From an uncultured Armatimonadetes bacterium (GTDB lineage Bacteria > Armatimonadota > Hebobacteria > Hebobacterales > Hebobacteraceae), in contig OY970296.1 in the NCBI GenBank assembly GCA_963716175.1, forward strand, positions 2,752,001-2,816,000: a stretch of 64,000 nt of DNA, written 5' to 3'. Made by a program: the position numbers and the translations under genes. Of this stretch, positions 29,947-40,518 are shown in pieces; position 1 is the first letter of the stretch, and the number at the start of each line of letters is the position of its first letter. The notes below the pieces were generated by a model. The model was not told the origin of the DNA, made no database searches, and worked only from the letters and a program-made list of their open reading frames with translations.

Positions 29947-30769
29947 GCCCGCCAGGCCGGCGGCGTGGCCGTTCTCCCTTCCCCAGTCTTGGGCCGCGGA
30001 GCAGGTAGAGCAGGTGCGCCGCCGCGTGGACGAGCTCGGGGGTCAGGCCCAATACGGGTGGGGACACACCATCAGCTTCGGTCCCTTTGTCAAAGAGGGA
30101 GTGTTGAAGGACAACTTCCTTCACCTGGTCGGCTACTGGGACGAGTGGCAGTGGTGGCCGGATAGCCTGCGGGGTCTGCGGGTGGCGGACATCGGCTGCC
30201 TCACGGGCGGCATCTCCTTGCTGATGGCGCACCGCGGCGCCGGCGAGGTGTTGGCGGTGGACGAGATCCCCGAGCACATCGCCCAGTGCGCCTATCTCTG
30301 CGAGCTGTTCGGGGTCAGGAATGTGCGGCCCCTCACGGCCTCCCTCTACCGCCTGCCGCAGCTGGTCGAGCCAGGGACCTTCGACCTGGTGGTGTTGAGC
30401 GGTGTGCTCTATCACCTGAGCGATATGCTGGTGGGCCTGCTGATCATGCGGGAGCTGCTCAAGGTGGGAGGGCTGTTGCTGATGGAGAGCTCTGCGGTCA
30501 ACGATGATGAGCACTCCTACGCCAACTTCGGTCGTTTTGCCCAGGGCATGTGGTGGCAGCCCTCCACCCTCTGCATCAAGGATATGTGCGAGTTCGTGGG
30601 GCTCTCGCAGGTGGAGGTGAGGGCGCACCTGCCCGATCGCTGTCTGGCTCGCGCCCGCAAGAGCAGCGATCAGCCGATCGCCTTCCGCCGCGGCCTGAAC
30701 TATGCTTTCGAGGATCTCCGCGACCGGGTGCCGCGCACCATGGACACCAGCACCATGGCGCCCAGGTAG
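29924..30769 (+). CDS. Class I SAM methyltransferase (CmoB-like)
   Basis: VADIGCLTG, FDLVVLSGVLYHL. Confidence 0.8.
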   Translation: MMPWKPSKPARPAAWPFSLPQSWAAEQVEQVRRRVDELGGQAQYGWGHTISFGPFVKEGVLKDNFLHLVGYWDEWQWWPDSLRGLRVADIGCLTGGISLLMAHRGAGEVLAVDEIPEHIAQCAYLCELFGVRNVRPLTASLYRLPQLVEPGTFDLVVLSGVLYHLSDMLVGLLIMRELLKVGGLLLMESSAVNDDEHSYANFGRFAQGMWWQPSTLCIKDMCEFVGLSQVEVRAHLPDRCLARARKSSDQPIAFRRGLNYAFEDLRDRVPRTMDTSTMAPR

Positions 30770-31107
30770 CCGGCCAGGAGAGCAGGGCGCGTGGCGAGCT
30801 GACCACGCGCCCTCCGTGACCAGATCCGACCGAGAGGAGTGCAAGATGGCGAAGACCGTGAGGCTGGCAACTACCCAGCGGTGCTGGCAGGAGACGCCGC
30901 CCACTATGACTGCATCACGGTGCGGGGAGGCCGCGTCGCACAATTCGGCGTTGTCCCTAACGTCGGGCTTGCCCTCGTGAGGGTGGACCGGGGCCGGAGA
31001 TAGACGGTTGCGCGCAGATGGGAGCGAGGGGAATGAGCAGAGGCAAGTGGGCGGTGGTGTTGGCGGTGCTCGCGGCGGCGCTGGCGGCCGCGATGGCACT
31101 GGACCCG

Positions 31108-31825
31108 AGGCTCTACCCGGTCCGCTGCTGCCTGGGCAGACGTCTTCGGCCGGGGCCGGAGCAGGATGTCCCGCACCGTAGTCGCTGAGACGAAGACGCT
31201 CAGCGCCCAAAGGGCCATGGCGATGCGATGGCGGCCCCACATTGGGTTCTGGCGGAAGATGTCCCAGATCAGCTGAGCGATCTTCCGAGGCGTCTTGTTG
31301 ACGGGCCCAATGTGCTCTCGGCGACCCCCGAGCTTGCCTGCCTGGAAGGCCTTGAGCCAGCGGTGAACGCTCGATCGCGCCACCCCGAAGGTGTCCTTCA
31401 CCCGCCGCTTCGGGATCTGGTAGTACGCGATCAGCCAGAGCAGGCGCAGCCGCTCCACCAGGGGATAGGGCCGTCTCGGTCGTTCCTCCCCGAGGCGTCT
31501 CTCCAACAACTCCAGGCGCGCATCCCGGAACGCCACGGCGTCCTCCAGCATCACGACGCGCGCCTCCAGCTCAGCGACCCGTCCAGCCTCCGCATTCGTG
31601 CACGCCTGCTCCAAGCAAAGCCGACGCTTGCGGCTAGCCCAGCGGGCACTGACCACCAGCGCCCTTACGATCAGCGACACCGACGCCTCGTAGATCTCCA
31701 CAGTGCTGACTCCCAAAGAGAATGCGGCGCCCAACGGCGCCGCACGGCAGTCTCAGATCATACGGGAAGGGGTCAATCGAGGCAAGGCCAGAACGCTCTC
31801 ACAGCGGTCTCATCGGCCCTCGACA
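31108..31825 (-). mobile_element. Truncated rve-type transposase element (paralog of 60278-61670), inserted in an IS3
   Basis: N-terminal ~200 aa close to the 60342-61556 protein; DDE core missing; 100-bp end module 31726-31825. Confidence 0.8.
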
Positions 31826-32184
31826 CCTACAACAGGCGTCAGGCTTTTTTTCGCAGCACCTCCTGCAGCATCGCCTTGTCCAGCGTCAGGTCAGCCACCA
31901 GCTGTCGCAGCCTGCGGTTCTCGTCTTCCACCTGCCGCAGCCGCCGGATCTCCGATACCCCCAGTCCCGCATACCGCCGCTTCCATCGGTAGAACGTCTG
32001 CTCCGCCACCCCCATCTTCCGGCAGATCTCCCCCACCCCCGTGCCCGCCTCCGCCTGCTGCAAGGCGAACACGATCTGGGGCTCCGTGTACCGTTTCCGC
32101 TTCATCTCAACATCCTCCCGGAATGAGTTTCCTTACGCTTGCTTCCTCTCATTCTGGGTGGATCAGGAAATGGGGTGCAGGCCC
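31826..32184 (-). mobile_element. IS3-family remnant: orfA (31839-32105), A7G frameshift motif, orfB lost
   Basis: MKRKRYTEPQI..ICRKMGVAEQTFYRWK..LRQVEDENRRL; T7 at 31845-31851; IR-like CCTGCACCCCATTT. Confidence 0.88.
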
Positions 32185-32657
32185 CCTACCTGGGGGTCGG
32201 GTACACCCAGGCGGAGGGTCAGTTCGGCGGCAGCATCGGCGTGGAGGAAGGCAACGACGTGGGCGTCAAGACTGCCCAGATCAACAATGCGGCCAACTTC
32301 GTGGTCTGCGGTGACAGCGCCAGCATGCAGATGTGGACGGCACGTCTGGATGTCTGGCAGGTGTGCGCGGTGCAGTCGGGCTGCGCCGACTGGGTGAACT
32401 GCTCGTGGACGCAGCAGTGCGGCATCGACCAGGCGCACGTCAAGCAGTTCTGGCACGACCCGTCGTACCGCACGAAATTCACCCGTCACCTCGGCGGCAG
32501 CAACATCGGGTTTGCGGATGGTCACGCCGCCTGGTGGAACGCCGAAGCCTACATCGCCGCTGTGCCCCACAGGATCTGCCCCAACTGCGAGGTCATCCAG
32601 CCAGGAGCGACGCTGGAGGGCACCTGCACCAACATCGTAGATTGCCCTGACTGGTGA
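32185..32657 (+). pseudogene. 3' fragment of a prepilin/DUF1559 H-X9-DG gene
   Basis: RHLGGSNIGFADGH, Cys-rich; 5' half replaced by IS3. Confidence 0.8.
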
Positions 32658-32697
32658 CATCGGCGCGCTTCGTCTGCTCGTGAGCTCGGTGGGGTAA

Positions 32698-32734
32698 GTG
32701 AAGACGGGCCGCTTCCTGGGCGGCCCGTCTTCAC
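32698..32734. terminator. Strong hairpin after prepilin fragment
   Basis: GTGAAGACGGGCCGC..GCGGCCCGTCTTCAC. Confidence 0.6.
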
Positions 32735-32769
32735 CCTGTGGCCGCGTTCCTCTGTGGTAGCCGACGGAG

Positions 32770-34466
32770 GTGGCTTTGCCGAGAGCTCGAAGGGCCGAGG
32801 CACCCACGGCCGCGCCCCGGCCACTCGCCGCCCAGGCGGTGACGGCCAGGGCCGTCCTGCTGGGTGCACTGGCCGCGGCCGGCTTCGCTACCACCGCCCC
32901 ATACCTGTCGTTTCGGATGGGCGTGTGGCTCCCCGGCAGCGACTCTCTGATGGCAGGCCCGCTGCTCGTGCTCCTCGCGCTGGTCCTCATCAACGGCCCG
33001 TTGGTGCGGCGCTGGCCTTCGCGCGCGTTCTCCCGCACCGAACTGCTGGTGATCTATGCGATGCTGATTGTCTCGCTGGGGTGGCTCACGAGGGGTGGCC
33101 TTCCCTTCCTGGTATCGCTGGTCACCTACCCGTTCTACCGGGCGACCCCGGCCAATGACTGGCAGAACCTGATCTGGCCCTACATCCCGTCCTGGCTCCG
33201 GGTCAGCAGTCCTGAGGCGGTCGTCTGGTTCTGGGAAGGCCGTCCCGAGCACGCGGCTGTGCCGTGGTCGGCCTGGCGGCAACCGGCACTGGTCTGGTCG
33301 GCCTTCACCTGCGCTTTGATGGTGGCGATGCTCTGCGCGGCCTCGCTGCTGCGCCGGGACTGGATCGAGCGCCAGCGGCTGACCTTCCCCCTGGCGGATA
33401 TCGCGCTAGCCATCGCCGGAGAGCGGGAGGCGCCCACGCTCGCCACGAGCCTGACGCGCCGCCGTGTGTTCCTTCTCGGCTTCGCCGTTCCGACCGTGCT
33501 CGGTCTCTGCCAGTGGCTGCACCGGTTCTTCCCGGCTACGCCCGCGTTGGATATGTACATGATGCCGGTGGGGCGGGCCTTCTCAGGCCTCGGGCTCCCG
33601 TGGAGTGCGCTCTCCGATGTAACCCTTACCATCTCCTGGTCGGTGCTGGGCATCATGTGCCTGATCCCCAGCGAGGTGGCATTGAGCCTGGGGCTCTTCT
33701 ATGTGCTAAACAAGTTGCAGTTGCTGGGATGGGCCGCGGCCGGGCTGAGCCGAGGACCGGCCACCTCGTCCATCGACCCGGGAATGTTCACCGCGTTCGA
33801 GCAGGCCGGCGGTCTCATCGCCCTGGCCGGGATTGTGCTGTACGAGTCCCGGCATTCGTTCGCGGCGGCCTGGCGCGGATTGTGGCACCGGCCGGGCGAT
33901 GACACTGACCCCACGACCCCGATGTCCGGGCGGGCGGCCGTCCTAGGGTTCCTCGCGGCGAACACCTTCATGCTGTGGTGCGGGCTCCGCCTGGGCATAT
34001 CCTGGTGGTCGCCGTCGGACTGCCCGCAATGCTGAGCATGGTCTACCGCTACGGCGCCAGTGCACTGGAGCCATGGCCATTCACCATCGTGGGGGACGGA
34101 GCATTCGGGGACATCGATGCTGCGCTTCGCAACCCTAGCCCAGTAGTGACCTGGAAGTGGCTGGCGCTCTCCATCGGCGCCGGTCTCATGGTGGCCCTCG
34201 CCTGGCTCCAGCTGCACGTCTCCTGGTGGGCCGTGAGCCCGCTCGGCTTCGTGATCGCCAGCGGCTGGGCGACCGAGAATGAGCTGTGGGCGTGCGCCCT
34301 GATCGGCTGGCTGCTGACAACTCTGATCAAGCGGTATGGCGGACTGCGCCTGTACCGCACCCTCCGGCCGGCGTTCCTGGGGTTGGTGCTCGGCGACCTC
34401 CTCACGAGCACCGCCACCGGCATCCTCAACGTGATCTTGGACTACCGACGGCTGGTGGGCCAGTGA
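32770..34466 (+). pseudogene. DUF6785/DUF6784-like multi-TM putative transporter, broken near 34015
   Basis: ELLVIY, W..ERQRLTFPL, WWAVSPLGF, RYGGLRLYR..PAFLGLVLGD; frame switch and probable deletion. Confidence 0.7.
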
Positions 34467-34913
34467 GGTGCAAGGATGTGACCAGTTTTCTCTGGTGAGG
34501 CGTCCTGTGTGTGTCGAGATCCCACGACACAGCACTGGTAGAGTAGGGCCTTGGCCGTCGGGCGGAGCTCTCCTTGCGGCATCGCAGATCGCGCAGCATC
34601 AGGTGGCCTTCCTGCGGTGACCCGGGAGGCCGCCAGCGACCGGCCCTCGCCAGCATGCCGATCATCAGGCCCCGTCCTGCATGTGAGCCACGACCCAGTG
34701 GGCCGAGAACGGCACCTACGGAGTCAGTCCTAGCGGTCTCACTGCCCGGCGACAAAGCCAGCAGGTAACAGGGACAAAGGCGTCATCCCGGGCCAGCTCC
34801 ATGTGACCTCTGGGTAGTCCCGTGGGCGCTCAGCACACGCACGCGACTTCAGCAGCCTGGTCGGGCTGCCGAAGTGTACTCCATTGCTGTGGTGAGCACG
34901 TTGGCTCGGCGGC

Positions 34914-35953
34914 TCATCTCGCCCCGCTCAGGTCCCAGGTGAAGCGACGGCCCTCGTCGCTCTGCTGAACCGAGAACTGCTTGACGGTGCTGCCGGACGG
35001 GATCAGGAAGTAGTACCGCGCCTTCGCTTCCTGCCCCGGTTCCACGTCCATGCTCACTGTCTCATCCCGGCTCGCGTACAGCAACTCCTGGTTCCAGTCC
35101 AGGTTCTCGCCCTCCGTGGTCCGCACTTTCGGTGCAAGGGCACTCCACCCCAGCGACTGCGTGTCCTTTGTCGGGTTCCGAAGAGTCATGTTGAGGACCA
35201 GGTAGCGCGCGCCCCCTCCGGGGCTTCTTCCTTGATGGCCCCGGTGGTATAGCTCGTAGAGTCGAGTCGCGCGTCCCACATCCCGACCGGGCAATACGTG
35301 CCTACCACCGCGGGCACATCCGCCAGCGCGGTCGCTCCACTCTTGTCCGCCGGGTCGCCGAATGGCGCCGCGAGCCCCTTCACCTTCTTGCGCAGATCAT
35401 AGCGGATCACCAGCTGGTCCTGTGCCTTCACGATCAGCTTGGGCACTTCGCCCCGCGCTGGAACGGTGATGATCGTGTAGGCGTCGAGCTTCTGCGCTGG
35501 CTTCAGGTCGAGGCTGAGCGCTTCCTGGGTCGACTCCACCCCGATGTTCTGCGGGTACTCGCGGTTTGTGTCAGTTGCGTCCACAGCGGTGAAGGAGCAT
35601 ACACTCCATCCGACCCCGCGCTCACTCGGCTGCGGGTTCTGTAAGGTGAAGTGCACTACCAGCAGCTTCTCCTCCGCCGTCGGCACGTAGTAGTCGGCCC
35701 CAATCCGCTTGCGCTCCGCTAGGTACTCGCAGCTCTTGAGAGTGAAGTTGATCGGGCTCTCTTTGCCCAGCGTGTAGGTCAGACCCAACTCCCCCTGGTC
35801 GCCCTTGAGTTGACTCGTCCCCTGCACGACCCGCTTCTGCGGCGCGGGCGGCTTCTTCTTCGCAGCCCCCGCCGCCACGCCGCCCATCACCGCCGCCAGC
35901 GTCGCCAGGCCCAGCACCAACGCCGCCGTCGTCCTCGCTATTTTCCCTACCAT
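34914..35953 (-). pseudogene. Secreted protein with two DUF4352-like Ig domains; frameshift near 35215
   Basis: Signal peptide; repeated VVHFTLQNP/VLNMTLRNP..LKPAQ/VEPGQ pattern. Confidence 0.6.
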
Positions 35954-35975
35954 CTCAGCCTCCTATAATGCTGCA

Positions 35976-36170
35976 ACTTGGATATCCGTACTGGTTTCAC
36001 CAGTATGGAGTGGGTTATAGTCTCCGGGCCGGGGCGTCGGGCGCGAGGTCTTCATTTCAGTTACGGCGCGACCGAGAAGAGGAGAATGACCCCTCGGCAA
36101 CCGGTCCGGAGCTTGGATTGCAACCTGCGGCACGACCGCGCAATTCAGGAGTCGAAGCGGGACCGGAGGC
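35976..36170 (+). ncRNA. Predicted IS110 bridge RNA
   Basis: 5' hairpin 35985-36009 plus two internal loops (36044-36096, 36101-36166), each with an apical CGG-C(G/A)CGA-CCG hairpin and a 3' AGGAG complementary to the core. Confidence 0.75.
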
Positions 36171-36220
36171 GACGAGGAGCTCCCGCGCTGGCGGCAGATC
36201 CATTGCCGAGGAGGTGGTGT

Positions 36221-37648
36221 ATGGCGGAAGCGAGGTTGTTGTGCGTGGGCATCGATGTCTCGTCGCGCTCCCTGGAGGTCGGCTTCTGCGATGGCAGCGG
36301 AGCGCCCATCGGCGGCGTGCAGTCCTTCCCCAACGACGCAACCGGCGCGGCCGCGCTCGGCGAGGCCGTGATGGTGATCGCACGCGCGTGCGGTCGCGGC
36401 ACCCAGGTGATGGCGGCGGTGGAGTCCACCGGCGAATATCATCGGGTGGCGGCGAAGGCGCTGCGGGCAGAGACGCGTCGGACGATCCAGGTGCACGTGC
36501 TCAATCCCCGCGAGGTCAAGTGGTTCCGCAAGCTGGAGCTCAAGGACACCAAGACCGACCGGGTGGATGCCGAGCTGATCGCCCGATTCCTGGCGAAGAT
36601 CCGCCCCCAGCCCCGCGCCCCCATGCCCGAGGGATTCGAAGCGCTCCAGGATGCCACTCGCACCCGGCGCCGCTGCGTGGAGGATCGCACCTCGCTCAAG
36701 AATCGGCTCCACCGGCTGCTGCGCACTCACTTCCCCGGCTATCGGGAAACGCTGGGTGCCAAGTTCAGCGTCCGCACCCTGGTGGCGCTGGCCGCCTGCC
36801 CCTCGCCCCAGGAGCTGCTCCGGCGGGGTGAGGCTCGCCTGAGTGAGTTGCGCAACTCCGACGGCAAGCGTGTCGGAGCCGCCTTCGCCCGGAAACTGAT
36901 CGCCCTGGCGAAAGCTGCCCCCGCGCGCCAACTGCCGATGATGGCGCGTCTCTCCATCCAGGACGCGGCCGTCCGCATCCTGCAACTGAATCGTTTCCTT
37001 CACGGCATGGACGCAGCCGTCGCCCAGGAGCTGGAGCGGCTCTTCCCAGATACGGTTCTGGCTTCGGTGCCGGGCCTGGGCCCGGTCTCGGTGGCTTCCA
37101 TCCTGGCCGAGACAGCCGACATCCGTCGCTTCCCGCACAAAGAGACTTTCGTGGGCTACTGTGGGCTCTATCCCATTGCCTGGGAGAGCGGAGACACCAA
37201 GCTGCGCTTCCGCATGACCCGCAAGGGCAACCGCATGCTGAAGATGACTCTGCTGGTGGCCTCGGCCGCCGCCCGCCAATACAACCCGGCGATCCGCCAC
37301 TTCTACGCCCGCCTGCGAGCCCGAGGCAAATCCAAGAAAGCAGCCGGAGGTGCCATCGCCCGAAAGATGGCTGAGATCGTCTGGGCCGTGCTCACCTTCA
37401 ATCAACCTTGGTCGGAAGAGATCGCCCTGCGCGGAATCGCTCGGGGAGAAGAGATGGCCCAGACACCGAAGGGGGAGCGACGCCTCACTGGAGATGCCGC
37501 GGGTCAAGCCCCGATGCAATCGGGACGACCACTCAAGGCGGCGTCGAGGTCTCGCGCTCCCCAGCGTAATTCTACCATCAGCGCTGGGAAAAACAAGCCG
37601 CCACATCTCCAACTTACTCGCTATGCCAGAGGCACGATTACCCCTTGA
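36221..37648 (+). CDS. IS110 DEDD recombinase/transposase
   Basis: VGIDVS, ESTG, KTDRVDA, SVPGLG, WESG, KGNRMLK; GAGGAGG RBS. Confidence 0.95.
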   Translation: MAEARLLCVGIDVSSRSLEVGFCDGSGAPIGGVQSFPNDATGAAALGEAVMVIARACGRGTQVMAAVESTGEYHRVAAKALRAETRRTIQVHVLNPREVKWFRKLELKDTKTDRVDAELIARFLAKIRPQPRAPMPEGFEALQDATRTRRRCVEDRTSLKNRLHRLLRTHFPGYRETLGAKFSVRTLVALAACPSPQELLRRGEARLSELRNSDGKRVGAAFARKLIALAKAAPARQLPMMARLSIQDAAVRILQLNRFLHGMDAAVAQELERLFPDTVLASVPGLGPVSVASILAETADIRRFPHKETFVGYCGLYPIAWESGDTKLRFRMTRKGNRMLKMTLLVASAAARQYNPAIRHFYARLRARGKSKKAAGGAIARKMAEIVWAVLTFNQPWSEEIALRGIARGEEMAQTPKGERRLTGDAAGQAPMQSGRPLKAASRSRAPQRNSTISAGKNKPPHLQLTRYARGTITP

Positions 37649-37889
37649 CATCAGTTATTGCATCTCCTCACCCGCCGCGTGCTCCTGGGCACTCCCGTTG
37701 CCCAGCCGTAAGTCGCCCGAAGCGCAGGCACAACCCCGGCCGCGATCTGCTTCCCACTACCGCGGCTGGGGGGCAATCACCTCCCCGCTCGGAGTTGCCA
37801 CGCGTCATCTCCGTGTAACAAGCTATCTGCATCGGGCGACGGTGCGATCGCCGTCGTAATCCGATATCGGCACGTCTGGAGCGATTCCG

Positions 37890-38054
37890 GCCGGTTCCAC
37901 GAGCCCCTGACAGCGGCAGGTGGACCCAGTCTACTCCCCGCTCAGCATCGCCTTCCGTCCTCGGTGGCCTCCCGCCTTAGGGGTGTCAGCGAGTGCAGAG
38001 AATACCGCGACTGCGGCTCACGAGCATCCTGGAAGCCAGATGGATTTCTGGACA
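37890..38054. repeat. Dispersed ~250-bp repeat R, 3' part
   Basis: Aligns with 40961-41203 and 42221-42475; ends GATGGATTTCTGGACA. Confidence 0.7.
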
Positions 38055-38467
38055 GCGCGGGTTGAGCGCCACGTCTTCCCGGACGTCCGCATCACCGCGT
38101 ACCGCTTGGTCACCTGAGAGCTTGGCCCCTTTCCGGCTGGGGCCGGCCGTCGCACGCCTCGACGCGGGAGGGCGTCTCTGTGCCACAACTCGAGTAGCCC
38201 TGCCCGTCGCGCCGCGAGCGCCGTTCGGACTGCGTCGAAGGGAGCGCCATCAAGCCATCAGGAATCTGCCCTCTTCCTGGCCCACCAGGTGTCCCAAGCT
38301 CATGTGACAACCGCATGGTGTTCGCTCTGACCTGCAGCTAGCTCTGGTAGCAGGGGCCCGCTTTGTGGTATGGCCCTCCCGGCGAGGGCAGCAGGGACCG
38401 AGCGCGAGGAGATGGGCAGAGCCGGCGGGTCTGGCGCCAGCGATGCCGGATGCGAGGAGGGCAGGGA

Positions 38468-38965
38468 ATGGGGAAGGGCACGTCGGAGCGGTCAGCACGC
38501 GACGCTGTCTGGGTGGTGTTGGTCTGGGGTCGAGTAGCAGTGGGCCTGGTATTGGTTGCCACTGGCGGAGTCGCGTTCGGGCACGCCTGGACGCGGGAGT
38601 ACGTGTCCCTGTGGTGGGTGGGAGCGATCACACTCCTGGTCGGGATTCTGCTGGTCGTTTCTGGACTCTGTGCACGCAGCCGGCCCGCTGACATCACCCC
38701 GCAGGCTGCGATGCCAGGGGAAGCTCCGCCGCCGCAAGAGCCGCTGGTTCCGCTGTTGGGAGCGTTGCTGGTCTACAAGTACCAGCGGATCACCCACAAG
38801 CAGCTCAACGAAGCCCTGGCGCAGCAGCGCAAGGAGCAGAAAAACAGGCGGCGGCTGGGTGAGATACTCCTGGAGATGGGAGCAATCACTGAGCCGCAGC
38901 TGGAGGAAGCGTTGGCGCAACAGCGTTTGGTCCTGGACGAAAGGGCCCCAGGGCAGGAGAGCTAG
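38468..38965 (+). CDS. Two-TM membrane protein with C-terminal MshEN domain
   Basis: PLLGALLV..LNEALAQQ and RLGEILLEMGAITEPQLEEALAQQ. Confidence 0.8.
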   Translation: MGKGTSERSARDAVWVVLVWGRVAVGLVLVATGGVAFGHAWTREYVSLWWVGAITLLVGILLVVSGLCARSRPADITPQAAMPGEAPPPQEPLVPLLGALLVYKYQRITHKQLNEALAQQRKEQKNRRRLGEILLEMGAITEPQLEEALAQQRLVLDERAPGQES

Positions 38966-39007
38966 AACCCGGGTTCCGAGCATGCGCGCTGGCGAAGTCT
39001 CACCGCC

Positions 39008-39085
39008 GACGGCCCCGGGCACCCCCGACTCCCGCTACCCCCTCGGCGAGGAGTCAGTGGCCGGGGTTCCGTCGCGTGGGGCGAG
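39008..39085. repeat. Repeat R, 5' part
   Basis: GACGGCCCCGGGCACCCCCGACTCCCGCTACCCC..GGAGTCAGTGGCCGGGG. Confidence 0.65.
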
Positions 39086-39495
39086 TCGAGGCAAGTCTAG
39101 TACCGGCGCTGGCTGCAGCTGTCCGTTCGCGGGCCTCACTTGGAACCTCATGAGCCGCGGCCAGCAACACGCCGCCCACCAAGGGGGGTGGCGGAGATGC
39201 GAAGTGTGACGACGCGTTACATCGCGCCCTTCCGCCGCCTAAAGCGCGCCCGACCGGGAGCCGGGCTCGCCAAACCGACCATCTGGAGGCGCGGCGAAGG
39301 CGGACGCCCCTAGGCACTGACACGACACGGTCCCAGCCGCGGGAGCGAGCCAAGCCGTACGTTCGTTCCCATTCAGTCGTGTGAAGTGGGCGTCCGGGCT
39401 TCCTCCGCATTTCCGACGCGCTCGCACCAGCGGTACTCAACGATCCCGCTGGTCGCCGACACCCAGCACCCGCCTCGCGGGAATTCGCCATCGGG

Positions 39496-39972
39496 CTATA
39501 CGACCCACTCGACCCGCGGCGCGCTGGCGCTGTGCTCGGAATCGGTACTCGTGCCGGCCCTGCGCGGCGCGCGAGCCTGGCAGTGTCGCCGGGAGAGCTG
39601 TTCCTCAAGTACGTCGGCCAGCTGTGCGCTTGTAACCAGCCCCATTCTCACCAGCACGCGGCCCAGGCGTTCCCCGCTTTTCTCCTGATGCTCGAGGGCG
39701 GCGGCCAGGTCCGCCTCCGAGATGAGGCGATAGTTGATCAGCATCTGCCCCAGCAGCGGCGCGGCCTCCAAGTCCGAGTCCGCCACCGTGCCGGGCCGGA
39801 TGTGGATGCGGTGCCACCGGCGGGCCGCGTGGAGCACAGTCAGAACTCCCAGGATGAGCACCAGAGCGCCGACAAGCAGGAGGAGGGCGTCCCCGTCCTC
39901 CCACGTTTCGCCGAGGACGATGCCGCCCATGAGTCCGAGTGCGCAGGCCAGGCCCAGTTGGTGCCGCTTCAT
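39496..39972 (-). CDS. Two-TM membrane protein with MshEN domain
   Basis: PLLGQMLINYRLISEADLAAALEHQ-EKSGE-RLGRVLVRMGLVTSAQLADVLEEQ. Confidence 0.82.
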   Translation of the reverse strand: MKRHQLGLACALGLMGGIVLGETWEDGDALLLLVGALVLILGVLTVLHAARRWHRIHIRPGTVADSDLEAAPLLGQMLINYRLISEADLAAALEHQEKSGERLGRVLVRMGLVTSAQLADVLEEQLSRRHCQARAPRRAGTSTDSEHSASAPRVEWVV

Positions 39973-40089
39973 CTGCCGCCTCCATGGCGAGCAGGACTCA
40001 TTGCAGTACTCTCTTCCCCTTCTGCGCTGTTCGCTGTGCCAGTGCGCGACTTACCGGCACCGCCGCCGCGCGTGCCGACGCTGCTCTCA

Positions 40090-40518
40090 TCAGCCACGCG
40101 CCGCGGGCTCCCGTCTCGTCTGGCCACGCTGCTCCTGTATGACCTGGGCCAGCTGGTCTGCAGTGATAAGGCGTATGCCTATGAGCACGTCGCCGAGTCG
40201 TTTCGTCGTCCCTCGCTGCAAGGCGAGGGCCTCGCCAAGGCCTACAGGAGAGACCAGGCCATGGCGAACCAGCAGGTCCCCCAGCAATGGCGCCGGCGAC
40301 TCGGCCTCCACGTCGCACGACGTCGTCTCCAGGCGCCCTGTCGCCGTGATCGGACGCTGCCAACAGCACATATCCGCGATCACCATTAACGCCCCTGCCA
40401 GAACAGCAAGGGCTCCCGCTGACCACAGTGCCCGGCCGCCACCCCTCCAGGCATCGCCGAACAACACAGCGGAGAACAGGCACAGGGCTATCCCTATGCC
40501 AGACCCAACGTGTTTCAT
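40090..40518 (-). CDS. Two-TM membrane protein with MshEN domain
   Basis: PLLGDLLVRHGLVSPVGLGEALALQ-RGTTK-RLGDVLIGIRLITADQLAQVIQEQ. Confidence 0.82.
   Translation of the reverse strand: MKHVGSGIGIALCLFSAVLFGDAWRGGGRALWSAGALAVLAGALMVIADMCCWQRPITATGRLETTSCDVEAESPAPLLGDLLVRHGLVSPVGLGEALALQRGTTKRLGDVLIGIRLITADQLAQVIQEQRGQTRREPAARG

Larger units (their letters stand above)
35960..37668 (+). mobile_element. IS110-family element bounded by CTCCT cores
   Basis: CTCCT at 35960-35964 and 37664-37668; joined ends give TTGACA-17-TATAAT; no TSD. Confidence 0.92.

Noticed and set aside
6079-35953. Frameshifts near 6355, 24475 and 35215 as programmed recoding
   Set aside because: No slippery heptamers; single indels fit sequencing error or decay
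35978-36220. 81-aa N-terminal extension of the IS110 transposase
   Set aside because: RBS and RuvC-like domain begin at 36221; the region folds as bridge RNA
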